Shown here: positions 1 to 7,178 of the stretch, in pieces
Layout: each line of letters begins with the position of its first letter
Numbering within the stretch: position 1 is the stretch's first letter
NCBI GenBank assembly: GCA_018303575.1
Contig: JAGVXW010000026.1
Location: 1 to 32,542 of the forward strand
Origin: Candidatus Woesearchaeota archaeon
GTDB lineage: Archaea > Nanobdellota > Nanobdellia > Woesearchaeales > WJIZ01
Reading direction: 5' to 3'
DNA: 32,542 nucleotides
Made by a program: the position numbers and the translations under genes
Notes under the pieces: generated by a model
The model's input: the letters and a program-made list of their open reading frames with translations, nothing else
The model's database searches: none
What the model was told of the DNA's origin: nothing

Positions 1-290
1 GGCGAGAGCCTCAGGCGATCGCCTACATTCACGTCATAATTGAGCGTGATATCTGCCTCATGCGTTCTCCCCGAATCCGGATGATGGCTTGCGAATGCTA
101 TAGCCGAGAGAGGGCCAGAGATTGCAACGAGAGTGTCCTGGACGACGGGCTTCCCGTCGCTGAGATTCTGCCCACGGAGCATATATGTGGTATTGAGCGC
201 GGTGATATTGGTGAATTCTGGTTTTGGAAATTCTGGGGTCGCACAGCCCGCGGCGGCGAGGGCCAATGCTAAGGTCAGTTTTTGTTTCAT
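1..290 (-). CDS. Partial CDS (N-terminal part; continues past the window start): secreted or lipoprotein-like protein
   Basis: Absent from the ORF track because it has no stop inside the window. My translation from the ATG at 290 is MKQKLTLALALAAAGCATPEFPKPEF... and stays open to position 3. It has a hydrophobic signal ending in a lipobox-like AAGC. An AGGAG lies about 10 nt upstream. It starts 4 nt after the stop of 295..726. Confidence 0.45.
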   Translation of the reverse strand, partial: MKQKLTLALALAAAGCATPEFPKPEFTNITALNTTYMLRGQNLSDGKPVVQDTLVAISGPLSAIAFASHHPDSGRTHEADITLNYDVNVGDRLRLS

Positions 291-294
291 GGGT

Positions 295-726
295 TCATTT
301 CTCCTTATTTTGGTGCTCTGTGTCATACTTCCTTGCCCAATCGCCGAAATGCGGGTCCGAAGGATAGACACGATCTACAACCGGCCACGGGTCATCGACC
401 GAGTTTCTCTCTAAGAGCGTCACAGCGTCAAGGGAGCCATATGGAGGCGTGTCATGGAAAAGCGTGACCTGGTTTATTCCTACAGGGAAGCGCTCTGGCT
501 TTCCGTCCAAAGACTCTTTAGTCCTGTATTCGTATCCGAGCTGGAGCGTAGTAAGATCGTTGAACTGATTCTTGTAATCAACAATCTGGTCAATCCTCCA
601 TCTCTGCTCTGTCCGTGCTCTGACTTTATCTGAGGACTCCGTCAATCCCGCTCCCCACAATAGCCCTACGAACACACCGCATGCGGCCGTTGCGGCGTGG
701 GCGAGGTAACTGGTGTTGGGTTTCAT
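295..726 (-). CDS. Hypothetical protein with N-terminal hydrophobic anchor/signal
   Basis: 143-aa ORF. The N-terminal segment AATAACGVFVGLLWGAGL looks like a TM or signal segment. Its start overlaps the stop of 723..1103 by 4 nt (ATGA), so it is operonic. No family recognised. Confidence 0.5.
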   Translation of the reverse strand: MKPNTSYLAHAATAACGVFVGLLWGAGLTESSDKVRARTEQRWRIDQIVDYKNQFNDLTTLQLGYEYRTKESLDGKPERFPVGINQVTLFHDTPPYGSLDAVTLLERNSVDDPWPVVDRVYPSDPHFGDWARKYDTEHQNKEK

Positions 727-1103
727 GGATTCACCCTCTCAAGCCTAAGCTCATAAAATGGAGCCTGAACCACGCGATACTCCGGATGCGCCTCCTCAAA
801 TAACCGATTAAATTTTAGCCTCAGTCCTGAGGTATGGGTACTCAAATCAAAAAAGAAGGTATCTTCCATATCTCTGCCAGCCTTCCTACAGGCCTCTTGG
901 TGGGAGTACTGCACACTGCTATAACCTGCCCCTATCTGCTTCTGCACAGCATCAATGATCTCCCTCAGCTCTGGAGCCACAATTGAAGCAAGCACTTCAA
1001 GAGCCGCGTCTTTCCCGATGGCAATCCCACTGGCAAGTCTATCCATGTTTTCCATAGCCCTTTGTGTTTGTGCTTCTGTCATTTTGACCTCCTTTGTTAC
1101 CAC
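723..1103 (-). CDS. Hypothetical helical protein
   Basis: 126-aa ORF, first gene of a three-gene minus-strand unit. A TATA-like element (plus-strand CTTTTATATTTA, 1121..1132) lies about 20-25 nt upstream on the minus strand. No family recognised. Confidence 0.45.
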   Translation of the reverse strand: MVTKEVKMTEAQTQRAMENMDRLASGIAIGKDAALEVLASIVAPELREIIDAVQKQIGAGYSSVQYSHQEACRKAGRDMEDTFFFDLSTHTSGLRLKFNRLFEEAHPEYRVVQAPFYELRLERVNP

Positions 1104-1192
1104 TTGGTAGTTTCATCTAGCTTTTATATTTAGGTGTCCCTCTAGGGGGCAACTCTAGAAAGATTCAAATAGACGAGAAGGCTTGACACCCC

Positions 1193-1951
1193 ATGGCGCT
1201 CGCGGAGCTCAAGAGCATCGGCCTCACAGACGGCGAAATCAAGATCTACGAGGCGCTTCTGGAATTAGGGGAGACGACAAGGACTCAGCTTGCGAAGAAA
1301 TCGGGTGTTTCTCCTTCGAAGATCTATGACGTGGCGAATAGGCTCATCGAGAAAGGCATCATCTCGAGCGTGAAGAAGAGCGGGACACTGCATTTCAGCG
1401 CCGCTGACCCGAAGAGACTGCTGGATTTTGTCTCGCAAAAAGAGGGAGAGATCCTGCTGGAGAAAAAGAAAGTGGAGGAGCTGCTCCCGCAACTGCTCCT
1501 GAAGCACAAGACGACAGAAGAGAAGACGGATGTGGAGGTGTTCTACGGCTGGGAGGGCATGCAGACCTGCTTCGGCGACCTCTCGGACGCTTCAGGGAAA
1601 GGCGACACAATCTATACCTTCGGCGTCTACCTTGGAGAGGATGTTCCGGTAGCGGACCGCTTCTGGCAGAAGATGTATCAGCGCTGGGACGCGAAAGGGT
1701 TCAAGGTCAAGATCATCTTCAACGAGAGCGCGAGGGGGCACAGGGCTCAAACGGAATATTTTGAGAAGGGCAGGCGGCATGAGATCAGATACCAAGAGCA
1801 GGAGACGTTCATGGAAGTCGACCTGTACAAGGACACCGTGCTTTTCGTCATGATTCTCAAGCGGCCCATGATCATCCGCGTCAAGAGCAAGGAAGCGGCG
1901 CTGTCGTTCAAGACGTATTTCGAGACGATGTGGAAGAGCGCGAAGAAATAA
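1193..1951 (+). CDS. TrmB-family transcriptional regulator
   Basis: 252-aa ORF. The N-terminal winged HTH LTDGEIKIYEALLELGETTRTQLAKKSGVSPSKIYDVANRLIEKGIIS matches the archaeal TrmB HTH pattern and is followed by a C-terminal effector-like domain. TATA-like ATTCAAATAG lies about 25 nt upstream of the ATG. Confidence 0.8.
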   Translation: MALAELKSIGLTDGEIKIYEALLELGETTRTQLAKKSGVSPSKIYDVANRLIEKGIISSVKKSGTLHFSAADPKRLLDFVSQKEGEILLEKKKVEELLPQLLLKHKTTEEKTDVEVFYGWEGMQTCFGDLSDASGKGDTIYTFGVYLGEDVPVADRFWQKMYQRWDAKGFKVKIIFNESARGHRAQTEYFEKGRRHEIRYQEQETFMEVDLYKDTVLFVMILKRPMIIRVKSKEAALSFKTYFETMWKSAKK

Positions 1952-1976
1952 TTTAATAAGCACCATCGAATCTCTT

Positions 1977-2429
1977 TTGTTCATGGGCCTCGTTCAAAGA
2001 GTACGCGTCTTATGCGGCCGCTTTTTTGGAGGAGACTTTTATGATTGGCCTGAGTTCACGCCGCTTGTTCCCTTGGACCGCCCGCTTGCCGAGCGCCCAT
2101 CACCAGAAGGTAACGTAGCCATCTTCGAAGGACTAGACGCAGATCATTTTGGCTCTACCGGAGAAATCCGATTTGGATATCTCTTTCTACCCGGGCCTGA
2201 GCAACGTTATTTTGATATTTTCCTCCGAGATCGAGATGCTAAGGAGATTTCGAACATGGCTGCTTACAGCTTCGACCGGTTCGCTGACCCGTTCCTGCTT
2301 CTCACGAGCACCTTTTATCATCCTGACCGGACGGTTGCATTCACGTTGATAAGAGAAGACCATGTCGGGGCAGTCCGGCGAGCCGGTGGGAGGCTTCCTG
2401 TCGGCTATGAGCACCTTGAACAGCAATAA
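1977..2429 (+). CDS. Hypothetical protein
   Basis: 150-aa ORF starting 25 nt after the trmB-like stop, on the same strand. No motif recognised. Confidence 0.4.
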   Translation: MFMGLVQRVRVLCGRFFGGDFYDWPEFTPLVPLDRPLAERPSPEGNVAIFEGLDADHFGSTGEIRFGYLFLPGPEQRYFDIFLRDRDAKEISNMAAYSFDRFADPFLLLTSTFYHPDRTVAFTLIREDHVGAVRRAGGRLPVGYEHLEQQ

Positions 2430-2439
2430 TCCCTACGGT

Positions 2440-3168
2440 TCATGTTTTGGGAACCAGTTTGGCTAAGGTGTAAAAGCTCGTCTCATCAAAGTTATCTCCG
2501 TCTTCGATGAACGCTAATCCATTTTCCACAAGCACGTTTCTGATTTCGTTCCGAGAGAAGGCGCGGTGCTCCATCTCGTCATGGAAGATTTTTTTCTCCT
2601 TGCCCTCTTTAAACTCATAATCGGATTTCCAAAGATAATGATTTTTTGAGAGAGTGACAAGCGAGGACGTGCGGACAATCTCGCTATCACCCTTCTTAAC
2701 CTTCACAACGTCGGTGAAATAGGGCGTCTTTCCGATTTTCGTATCCTCGTAATTGTCGAAGAGCAGGATTCCGCCTTGCTTAAGCGCTGCTTTCATGCTC
2801 TGGAGCGCCTTTTTCGCGTCCTCATCCGAACCCATGTGCGTGAAGACTCGACCGATGGCGAGCACGGCGTCGAACTCATTTCTGAAAGGTAGATTTCGGA
2901 TGTCTGCCTTGATTATTCTCGTTCCCGGTAGGCGCTTTCTTGCTTCTGCTGCCATCTCGTCAGTGTAATCGATCACTGTAAGCGAGTATCCTCGCTTTTC
3001 AAGTTCCTTGGCTACGGAGAAAAATCCGCCGATGAAGAGGAGTTCCTTTGGATGGAAGCGCGAGATTCTTTTCTCGACGAAATCAGCGACGGATTTGGCG
3101 TCAATCAGATGGTCGTAAAAATTAGCGCAGAGAGAAGCCAGCTCCGAATAGAGCGTTCCGTTTTTCAT
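2440..3168 (-). CDS. Class I SAM-dependent methyltransferase
   Basis: 242-aa ORF. Rossmann-type methyltransferase pattern: LLFIGGFFSVAKELEKRGYSLTVIDYTDEM ... FDAVLAIGRVFTHMGSDEDAKKALQSMKAALKQGGILLFD, which resembles Methyltransf_11/23. Confidence 0.7.
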   Translation of the reverse strand: MKNGTLYSELASLCANFYDHLIDAKSVADFVEKRISRFHPKELLFIGGFFSVAKELEKRGYSLTVIDYTDEMAAEARKRLPGTRIIKADIRNLPFRNEFDAVLAIGRVFTHMGSDEDAKKALQSMKAALKQGGILLFDNYEDTKIGKTPYFTDVVKVKKGDSEIVRTSSLVTLSKNHYLWKSDYEFKEGKEKKIFHDEMEHRAFSRNEIRNVLVENGLAFIEDGDNFDETSFYTLAKLVPKT

Positions 3169-3172
3169 GCTG

Positions 3173-3227
3173 TCTTAGAGGTGACCCCACTTCATGCATT
3201 TTTCTTTTTTGTGGTCACCATCCTCAG
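3173..3227 (-). promoter_or_regulatory. 55-bp operator/promoter module, copy 1 (GGTNACC-centred inverted repeat) upstream of the methyltransferase gene
   Basis: Arms AGGTGACCCCA (3179..3189) and TGTGGTCACCA (3210..3220) match 9/11 as an inverted repeat, with a 20-nt spacer. The outer blocks TCTTAGAGGTGACC and TTGTGGTCACC.TCCTCAG are identical to copy 2 at 4123..4177. The spacer contains the Fic stop codon. Confidence 0.5.
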
Positions 3228-4118
3228 GGTCTTTTCGTATTGCTCGACCAAAAACTCGACTGTGGGTCTCACATTCTGTTTTTTCTCATACTCCTGCAGG
3301 GTCCGATAGTATTCTGCTCTGTCGTCTAAGGAAATATTAATGGGCGGATAGCCATTCCTCAAAAGGATGAAATTGAGCAGGAGCCTCCCCGCCCTGCCGT
3401 TCCCGTCCTGAAAGGGATGGATGTACTCAAACTGGTCATGCAGGATTGCCGCCAGAACCAGCGGCCTGAATTTTCTTTTATTTTCCTTGTACCAGGAAAT
3501 CATGTCCCTTAATGCCAATTCCAGCTGAGCGGCAGGAACGCCCCTATGCAAAATCCGCCCTTGGGCATCAACGACAGCAACCTCAACGTGCCTCAATTGC
3601 CCCGCGAAGCCCTTGGATCCCTTAAAGCAGAGTTCGTGGAGCTTCATCAGAAGCTCAATTGAAAGGTCTTCCCTTGCCTTCTTGATATAGTTGACAGCAT
3701 TTGCAACTCCTTTCGTTTCGCGCTCCTCTGCGGTTTCTGCAACTGGATTCCGCAAAATCCTCGGGACTTCCTGCCTTTGGACCGTTGAGCCCTCGATTGC
3801 GTTGGTATTAAAGACAAACTCCTCCGTAAATCTCCGCCATTGCCTTTGGTCGAAATGGGCAATCCTGATTTTGCTGCTCCATGCATTTAGTTTCTTGATT
3901 TGGCCTTTTGTTAATCTGAAGAGAAAGACCTCAGTGGTGAGCTCCTCCAAAAGCCCGAGAATACGGCTTTTAGCCTTTTCTTGTTCTTCTTTTAACTGCC
4001 CTTTTGCAAGATTTTGCCCTAGATACTTCCTTAGCTTCCTGACTTCGCCCCCTTCCCTGTAGGAATGGATCAAATAGTACTTGATGCTCCTCCCGGCTTT
4101 TCTTCTCTCGATAAACAT
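3192..4118 (-). CDS. Fic-family protein (AMPylase-type), class II with an internal inhibitory motif
   Basis: 308-aa ORF. HPFQDGNGRAGRLLLNFIL matches the Fic core motif HxFx(D/E)GNGRxxR. The upstream TNAIEG fits the (S/T)xxxE(G/N) inhibitory-helix motif. Confidence 0.9.
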   Translation of the reverse strand: MFIERRKAGRSIKYYLIHSYREGGEVRKLRKYLGQNLAKGQLKEEQEKAKSRILGLLEELTTEVFLFRLTKGQIKKLNAWSSKIRIAHFDQRQWRRFTEEFVFNTNAIEGSTVQRQEVPRILRNPVAETAEERETKGVANAVNYIKKAREDLSIELLMKLHELCFKGSKGFAGQLRHVEVAVVDAQGRILHRGVPAAQLELALRDMISWYKENKRKFRPLVLAAILHDQFEYIHPFQDGNGRAGRLLLNFILLRNGYPPINISLDDRAEYYRTLQEYEKKQNVRPTVEFLVEQYEKTLRMVTTKKKNA

Positions 4119-4122
4119 ACTC

Positions 4123-4177
4123 TCTTAGAGGTGACCACACTTTATAAAACTTGCTAATCTTGTGGTCACCTTCCTCA
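4123..4177 (-). promoter_or_regulatory. 55-bp operator/promoter module, copy 2: perfect 11-bp inverted repeat bracketing the Fic TATA box
   Basis: AGGTGACCACA (4129..4139) and TGTGGTCACCT (4161..4171) are perfect reverse complements. The 21-nt spacer contains TTTATAAAA. On the minus strand the TATA sits about 30 nt upstream of the Fic ATG (4118). Confidence 0.55.
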
Positions 4178-4287
4178 GAAAAGATGGGGAGATATACTGT
4201 CGGAAGCAAATAATTGATAGGAATTGTTGCTTCCTCCGTATATAGCGCAGGGCAGCACTGCTCAATTATTTTTGCCCTACACTATAG

Positions 4288-4374
4288 TTCCGGACATTCG
4301 AAAAGCTGTGACTGTCCGGCGTGCGGCTTCATGCCGGACGATTTTGGTGCAGCTTTTTTGCGAAGCAAAAAAGA
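4288..4374 (-). repeat. tRNA-Leu 3'-flank element, copy A
   Basis: The stretch TTCCGGACATTCGAAAAGCTGTGACTGTCCGGCGTGCGGCTT recurs identically at 6300..6341. The remainder recurs with 1 mismatch at 6483..6529. It contains nested and alternative hairpins (CCGGACA/TGTCCGG and GTCCGGC/GCCGGAC). Confidence 0.8.
4353..4373 (-). terminator. Oligo-T plus 9-bp hairpin immediately 3' of tRNA-Leu(CAG)
   Basis: The minus strand reads TCTTTTTTGC-TTC-GCAAAAAAG, starting 1 nt after the tRNA discriminator. A T6 run is a typical archaeal termination signal. The identical sequence occurs at 6508..6528. Confidence 0.55.
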
Positions 4375-4458
4375 TGCGGGGAGCAGGATTCGAACCTGCG
4401 TATCCACTAAGGAAATAGGCCCTGAACCTATCGCATTTGACCGCTCTGCCATCCCCGC
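4375..4458 (-). tRNA. tRNA-Leu (anticodon CAG), 84 nt, no intron
   Basis: The reverse complement folds as GCGGGGA/TG/GCA-loop-TGC/G/ATAGG-TTCAGGG-CCTAT/long variable arm TTCCTTAGTGGATAC/GCAGG-TTCGAAT-CCTGC/TCCCCGC-A. Confidence 0.9.
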
Positions 4459-4588
4459 AAAGCAGGAAGAGAAGCGTCTGGGGGATTTTAAACGTTGCGC
4501 ATTTGCGGAAGACAAACGCATCTGATGGGATTTTTTCCATTCCATTTCAACAACATTTAAGAAGAAGCGTCACTCAGAGCATGAAAGA

Positions 4589-5584
4589 ATGCAGCATGAG
4601 CACATCCGGGACTTTGTGGACCGCCATTTTTTGCATTTCAACGCTGCGACGTTGCGTGACGCGTCGCGCGCGTACGCCGCCCACCTGAAGGCTGGCGGCA
4701 AGATGCTGCTGACGCTCGCCGGAGCCATGAGCACGGCGGAGCTCGGCATCATCCTCGCCGAGATGATCAGGAAAGACAAAGTGCATGCCATCTGCTGCAC
4801 CGGCGCGAACCTCGAAGAAGATATCTTCAATCTCGTCGCGCATAAGCAGTACAGGAGCGTCCCGCACTACCAAGATTTGTCTCCGCAGGACGAACTCGCG
4901 CTGCTGAAGGAAGGGATGAACCGCGTCACAGATACATGCATCCCTGAGCAGGACGCGATGCGCAAGATCGAGAAGGAGATTATCAAAGTCTGGAAGCGCG
5001 CCGAAAAAGAAAACAAAAGATATTTTCCCTACGAGTTCGTGTACCAGCTCATCCGGGAGGACATGCTCAAGGAGGATTTCCAGATCGACCCCAAGGATTC
5101 CTGGCTCATCGCAGCATGTGAGAAGAATCTGCCCATCTGGACACCGGGATGGGAGGACTCGACGCTGGGCAATATCTTCGTCGCCCTCGCGCGCGGAAGG
5201 AAAAATCATCACGGCCAAACGCTCTCGAATTTGAGCATAGTCAAGTCAGGACTGGAGCAGATGTCGTCCCTCATCGACTGGTATCTTGCGGAATCCAAGC
5301 GGGCGGACATCGGATTCTTCCAGATCGGCGGCGGCATCGCGGGCGACTTTCCCATTTGCGTTGTTCCGCTCATCAGCCAGGATCTTGGCATCGCGTGCAA
5401 GCACTGGGCGTATTTCTGCCAGATCGGCGACAGCACCACTTCTTATGGCAGTTACAGCGGCGCTGTCCCGAACGAGAAGATCACTTGGGGGAAGCTGGGC
5501 GTGGACACGCCAAGGTTCATGATCGAGTCCGACGCGACGATCGTGGCGCCGCTCATTTTCGCGTATGTGCTCAGTTCTCCCTGA
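4589..5584 (+). CDS. dys: Deoxyhypusine synthase family protein
   Basis: 331-aa ORF. LTLAGAMSTAELGIILAEMIRKDKVHAICCTGANLEEDIFNLV and the downstream GGGIAGDF are characteristic of the DHS family. TATA-like ACATTTAAGAAG lies about 35 nt upstream. Confidence 0.85.
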   Translation: MQHEHIRDFVDRHFLHFNAATLRDASRAYAAHLKAGGKMLLTLAGAMSTAELGIILAEMIRKDKVHAICCTGANLEEDIFNLVAHKQYRSVPHYQDLSPQDELALLKEGMNRVTDTCIPEQDAMRKIEKEIIKVWKRAEKENKRYFPYEFVYQLIREDMLKEDFQIDPKDSWLIAACEKNLPIWTPGWEDSTLGNIFVALARGRKNHHGQTLSNLSIVKSGLEQMSSLIDWYLAESKRADIGFFQIGGGIAGDFPICVVPLISQDLGIACKHWAYFCQIGDSTTSYGSYSGAVPNEKITWGKLGVDTPRFMIESDATIVAPLIFAYVLSSP

Positions 5585-5601
5585 ATTTGCCGAAGTCCCC
5601 T

Positions 5602-5934
5602 CTAGGAAATCATCTTGACAATTTTCCTGACTATCTCACTGTACTTCGCCGTCTTCAGGTGGCAAATCTTCCTCACGATTTGCGAAGATTCTGCCGTAAA
5701 GAGCATATTCGCACGAACATAGCTATCGATGTGCAGCGTCCCATCTTGCGTGTCATGCTTCGCAACCTCAACGCTGTACGTATCAGCAGAAAGACGCCGA
5801 GAAGTCATCTGACACAGCAGGATGTCCTGGCCCATCATTGATGACAGCACAAGGCATGGTCTGAGCTTTCTTGCGCTCAAATCCGTAAAGGGAAAAGGAT
5901 AGAGCACTATATCCTGCTTTGCAAATGCGCCCAT
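5602..5934 (-). CDS. mazF: MazF/PemK-type endoribonuclease toxin
   Basis: 110-aa ORF. DIVLYPFPFTDLSARKLRPCLVLS ... LLCQMTS ... SYVRANMLFT follows the PemK/MazF pattern. It overlaps the upstream antitoxin-like gene by 28 nt. Confidence 0.8.
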   Translation of the reverse strand: MGAFAKQDIVLYPFPFTDLSARKLRPCLVLSSMMGQDILLCQMTSRRLSADTYSVEVAKHDTQDGTLHIDSYVRANMLFTAESSQIVRKICHLKTAKYSEIVRKIVKMIS

Positions 5935-6191
5935 GCTTCATCCTCCTCCTTCGTCAGCCAGCGCCTCGCGAGCGCCTTCTCACTTGCTAGAGCCGTGAAT
6001 CTTCCGCTCAACTGTTCCTCTCCGAACAAGCGCTGGCGGATCGCTTCCCTGATAAAATCCTGGAGCGTGTCATACCCCTGCGACTCTGCGTATTCTTTTG
6101 CTGCCTTGAACATCCTGTCCGAAAGCTTCAAGCTTATTTGCGTACCCATAGATATGATATCGTATGATTGCGTATTTAAACTTTTCTCCAT
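5907..6191 (-). CDS. Ribbon-helix-helix (CopG-like) antitoxin partner of MazF
   Basis: 94-aa ORF. TQISLKLSDRMFKAAKEYAESQGYDTLQDFIREAIRQRL fits a strand-helix-helix layout. Its position and overlap with the toxin gene support the call. A TATA-like CTATAAGAAG lies about 25-30 nt upstream of the ATG at 6191. Confidence 0.6.
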   Translation of the reverse strand: MEKSLNTQSYDIISMGTQISLKLSDRMFKAAKEYAESQGYDTLQDFIREAIRQRLFGEEQLSGRFTALASEKALARRWLTKEEDEAWAHLQSRI

Positions 6192-6209
6192 GATACCTGT
6201 GGAAGATGC

Positions 6210-6276
6210 GCTGCTTCTTATAGCTTTGCCCGCTTTTTCCGGAAAGTTTCCGACGAGAAGCGGAGAAATCCGGAAA
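6210..6276 (-). promoter_or_regulatory. 67-bp promoter/operator module with CCGG-centred palindromes, copy 1 (drives the antitoxin-mazF operon)
   Basis: The minus strand reads TTTCCGGATTT-N13-CGGAAACTTTCCGGA-N5-CGGGC-N6-ATAAGAAG. The same blocks occur with identical spacing on the plus strand at 8147..8213. Confidence 0.55.
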
Positions 6277-6299
6277 CAGAATATAAAGGGATTATGTTT

Positions 6300-6404
6300 T
6301 TCCGGACATTCGAAAAGCTGTGACTGTCCGGCGTGCGGCTTTATGCCGCACTATTTTCGCCAGCATTTTTTCCGCCAGGAAAAAAGGCTGCGGGGAGCAG
6401 GATT
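6300..6404 (-). repeat. tRNA-Leu 3'-flank element, copy B, ending in a 15-nt tRNA-Leu 3'-end remnant (6390..6404)
   Basis: The first 42 nt are identical to copy A. The terminator hairpin is replaced by a different but still perfectly paired stem, TTTTTTCC-GCCA-GGAAAAAA (6366..6385). GCGGGGAGCAGGATT then breaks off in the T-loop and continues as GCCCACCTC. Confidence 0.75.
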
Positions 6405-6475
6405 GCCCACCTCAAACTTTTGGTTCCGACACCTCCAAAAAGAGCCGGGTTTCGCAACTTCATAGACACCCGGAT

Positions 6476-6529
6476 GTCCGGCTTCATGCCGGACGGTTTT
6501 GGTGCAGCTTTTTTGCGAAGCAAAAAAGA
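6476..6529 (-). repeat. tRNA-Leu 3'-flank element, copy C (includes the terminator hairpin at 6508..6528)
   Basis: 6483..6529 has a single mismatch to 4328..4374, and the identity continues into the first 26 nt of the tRNA 3' end. Relative to copy A this copy lacks the 7-nt GTGCGGC after GTCCGGC, as well as copy A's 5' hairpin. Confidence 0.8.
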
Positions 6530-6688
6530 TGCGGGGAGCAGGATTCGAACCTGCGAAGGCACTAAGCCAATAGATGGCTCACGGAGTGCGTCTTCGGCTC
6601 TCGCCTCGGCACTCAACGGCTTGAGTTTGGATGTTTAGGGCCTTCAGGCACCAAACGCTATCCCGTTTGGCCGCTCCGGAATCCCCGC
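6530..6688 (-). tRNA. tRNA-Leu (anticodon CAA) with two predicted introns (plus-strand coordinates 6627..6657 and 6576..6619)
   Basis: The acceptor, D-arm, variable arm and T-arm are collinear with the Leu(CAG) gene. Removing 31 nt after ATAG and 44 nt after CTCAAG gives a perfect anticodon arm, ATAGA-CTCAAGA-TCTAT, and an 84-nt mature tRNA. The intron boundaries are inferred, not verified. Confidence 0.7.
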
Positions 6689-6773
6689 ATAGCAGGACTG
6701 AAATGAGAAACGGTTTTTAAAGTTATAGCAAATCGTAAAATCTTGATGATCATTTGATACGATTTGTTATTTA

Positions 6774-6810
6774 GCGAATCTCGAGAATTGTTATAGCTTA
6801 TGAGATTCGC
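6774..6810 (-). terminator. 9-bp hairpin 3 nt downstream of the coiled-coil operon stop
   Basis: GCGAATCTC-N19-GAGATTCGC is a perfect inverted repeat located directly after the stop codon at 6813..6815. Confidence 0.35.
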
Positions 6811-6812
6811 TC

Positions 6813-7178
6813 TTACTTGAGCTTCGCCAGCTTCGCCTCGATGTCCTGGAGGCCCTGCTCGATCTTGGCGAAGTCCGTGATCGGCTTCTTCGCCTTGGCT
6901 TCGGGCGCCTGCTGCTTGGGCACCATCTCTTCCTCGAGCGTGACATCCGGGATAGAGGAACGGATGGAATTGATGTGCCGCGTGATCTCGGCGATCTGCT
7001 TGCGCAATCGCGACTTCAATGCCCCTTTCTGCCGCCGGATATTCTTCAGCTGGCTGAAGATGCGCATGCTCTCGAGCAGGTCGCGCCTGCACTCAAGCAC
7101 AGGCACCTGCACATGCGAAGGGTCGGGGATGGAGACGAAGAAATCGTCCCGCGGCGGCCGGAGGTTGACGGCTTTCAT
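6813..7178 (-). CDS. Coiled-coil protein, paralog 3 of a tandem trio
   Basis: 121-aa ORF. It has the DFFVSI motif plus a helix. Its C-terminal FAKIEQGLQDIEAKLAKLK is nearly identical in pattern to FAKLHKGLQDVEAKLADLEK of 7402..8028. It overlaps the upstream gene by ATGA. Confidence 0.65.
   Translation of the reverse strand: MKAVNLRPPRDDFFVSIPDPSHVQVPVLECRRDLLESMRIFSQLKNIRRQKGALKSRLRKQIAEITRHINSIRSSIPDVTLEEEMVPKQQAPEAKAKKPITDFAKIEQGLQDIEAKLAKLK

Noticed and set aside
4574-5841. ORFs 4574..5218 (minus, 214 aa) and 5149..5841 (plus, 230 aa)
   Set aside because: They are antisense to, or out of frame with, the deoxyhypusine synthase gene, and 5149..5841 is also antisense to mazF. Their sequences are R/G/H-rich nonsense.
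4288-6404. Idea that copies A and B of the flank element are attL/attR of an integrated element carrying dys and mazEF
   Set aside because: The duplicated sequence is mostly tRNA trailer rather than tRNA body. The intact tRNA lies on the wrong side for a simple 3'-end integration. No integrase is present, and dys is a housekeeping gene. Segmental duplication or a decayed tRNA gene fits better. This is kept as an alternative inside the repeat finding.
4214-6638. ORFs whose translations share GHSKSCDCPACGFMP and AAFLRSKKDAGSRIRTC (4214..4525, 5995..6465, 6333..6638), which look like paralogous proteins
   Set aside because: The shared peptides arise from translating the duplicated tRNA-Leu flank element and the tRNA genes themselves. 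The ORFs cross tRNA genes and terminator hairpins.
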